A DNA stretch of 25,748 nucleotides from positions 1 through 25,748 of IMG/VR virus record IMGVR_UViG_3300032335_000138; one strand, written 5' to 3'. The notes beneath the pieces were generated by a model that was not told the DNA's origin, searched no databases, and saw nothing but the letters and a program-made list of their open reading frames with translations. The stretch comes from a virus (Duplodnaviria > Caudoviricetes). Within the stretch, counting starts at the first letter, position 1. Every line of letters starts with the position of its first letter. The position numbers and the translations under genes are program-made. Of this stretch, positions 25,341 through 25,748 are shown one piece after another.

Positions 25341-25666
25341 GTTAAACCTTCAGGTAGTGGCACATCTTCAGGCCATAAGCCCAATCCCTGTAATTTTCGC
25401 ACTGTTTTCAAATGTGCGGCAAGCCATATCTTTTGTCGGTCGAATTTCTCTAATTTACTGCCTTGGTCGATTTCCATATGGCATGAATAGCACAAACTCG
25501 CAATTAGGTTATCGTCTGCGCGTATTCCGCGGCCTTTGCCACCTTGCCAATTGGTGTGTGCGGCCACCACAGTGCCATCGTCTGCCCCGCAATGTTGACA
25601 TGGGATTTCACGCGCATGGCGCATAAGGGTTTGGCTTCTGATGTATTGGTGTTTGGGGAATCTCAT
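25337..25666 (-). CDS. Zn-binding HNH-like protein (DUF968/DUF1364-like, 109 aa)
   Basis: PCQHCG...VAAH.N...GKG.G..ADD....LCYSCH.EID pattern. Confidence 0.75.
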   Translation of the reverse strand: MRFPKHQYIRSQTLMRHAREIPCQHCGADDGTVVAAHTNWQGGKGRGIRADDNLIASLCYSCHMEIDQGSKLEKFDRQKIWLAAHLKTVRKLQGLGLWPEDVPLPEGLT

Positions 25667-25748
25667 TCAATTTCTACCACTAAGTTGCCGTTTGATCTTA
25701 TGTAATCGCGGGTTTTCTTCACATATTTTTCAAATTCTGCACGGGTAA
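25663..25748 (-). CDS. C-terminal end of a hypothetical protein (...TRAEFEKYVKKTRDYIRSNGNLVVEIE), truncated by window edge
   Basis: Only open minus-strand frame here; its TGA overlaps the next ATG (ATGA). Not in the ORF track. Confidence 0.6.
   Translation of the reverse strand, partial: TRAEFEKYVKKTRDYIRSNGNLVVEIE

Larger units (their letters stand above)
1..25748 (-). mobile_element. Tailed phage (Caudoviricetes, HK97-type head, siphovirus-type tail) packaging/head/tail/fibre operon
   Basis: Canonical order HNH-terS-terL-portal-protease-capsid-connector-tail-TMP-tip-fibres, all on one strand. No host genes, integrase or att site in the window, so prophage versus free phage cannot be decided. 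Confidence 0.97.

Noticed and set aside
1-25748. Stop-codon reassignment or introns/inteins
   Set aside because: TAA, TAG and TGA all end genes at sensible places, and TerL, portal and capsid have normal lengths with no insertions.

Overview
The whole window is the virion morphogenesis region of a tailed dsDNA phage with an HK97-type head and a long non-contractile (siphovirus-type) tail. Every credible gene is on the minus strand, tightly packed, with many ATGA/TAATG stop-start overlaps and standard code 11. In transcription order (high to low coordinate): partial hypothetical gene, Zn/HNH-like (DUF968/DUF1364-like) protein, Dps/ferritin-like protein, packaging HNH nuclease, probable cos region, TerS, TerL, portal, a small AT-hook ORF, prohead protease, two tandem paralogous HK97-fold capsid genes separated by a strong intrinsic terminator, head-tail connector, head closure, tail terminator, major tail protein, an orphan, HK97 gp10-like protein, a tail chaperone pair joined by a GGGAAAC -1 frameshift, tape measure, Dit-like and hub-like proteins, a GNAT acetyltransferase, a 1476-aa tail tip/central fibre with its chaperone, then a side-fibre module (collar-like protein, 101-aa, 365-aa and 934-aa collagen/C1q fibre proteins, second chaperone). 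The most interesting features are: (1) the two-capsid-protein system with terminator-set stoichiometry; (2) a possible daisy-chained fibre built from C-terminal DGGx[FY] motifs and N-terminal KR/(G/A)ELA domains; (3) an AT-hook ORF in frame behind the portal stop codon; (4) structured leaders (twin AGUG-loop hairpins, and a multi-stem element before terS); (5) apparent absence of AGCT, GCWGC, GGWCC and CCWGG. All calls come from motif recognition and synteny by eye; no database searches or computations were run.
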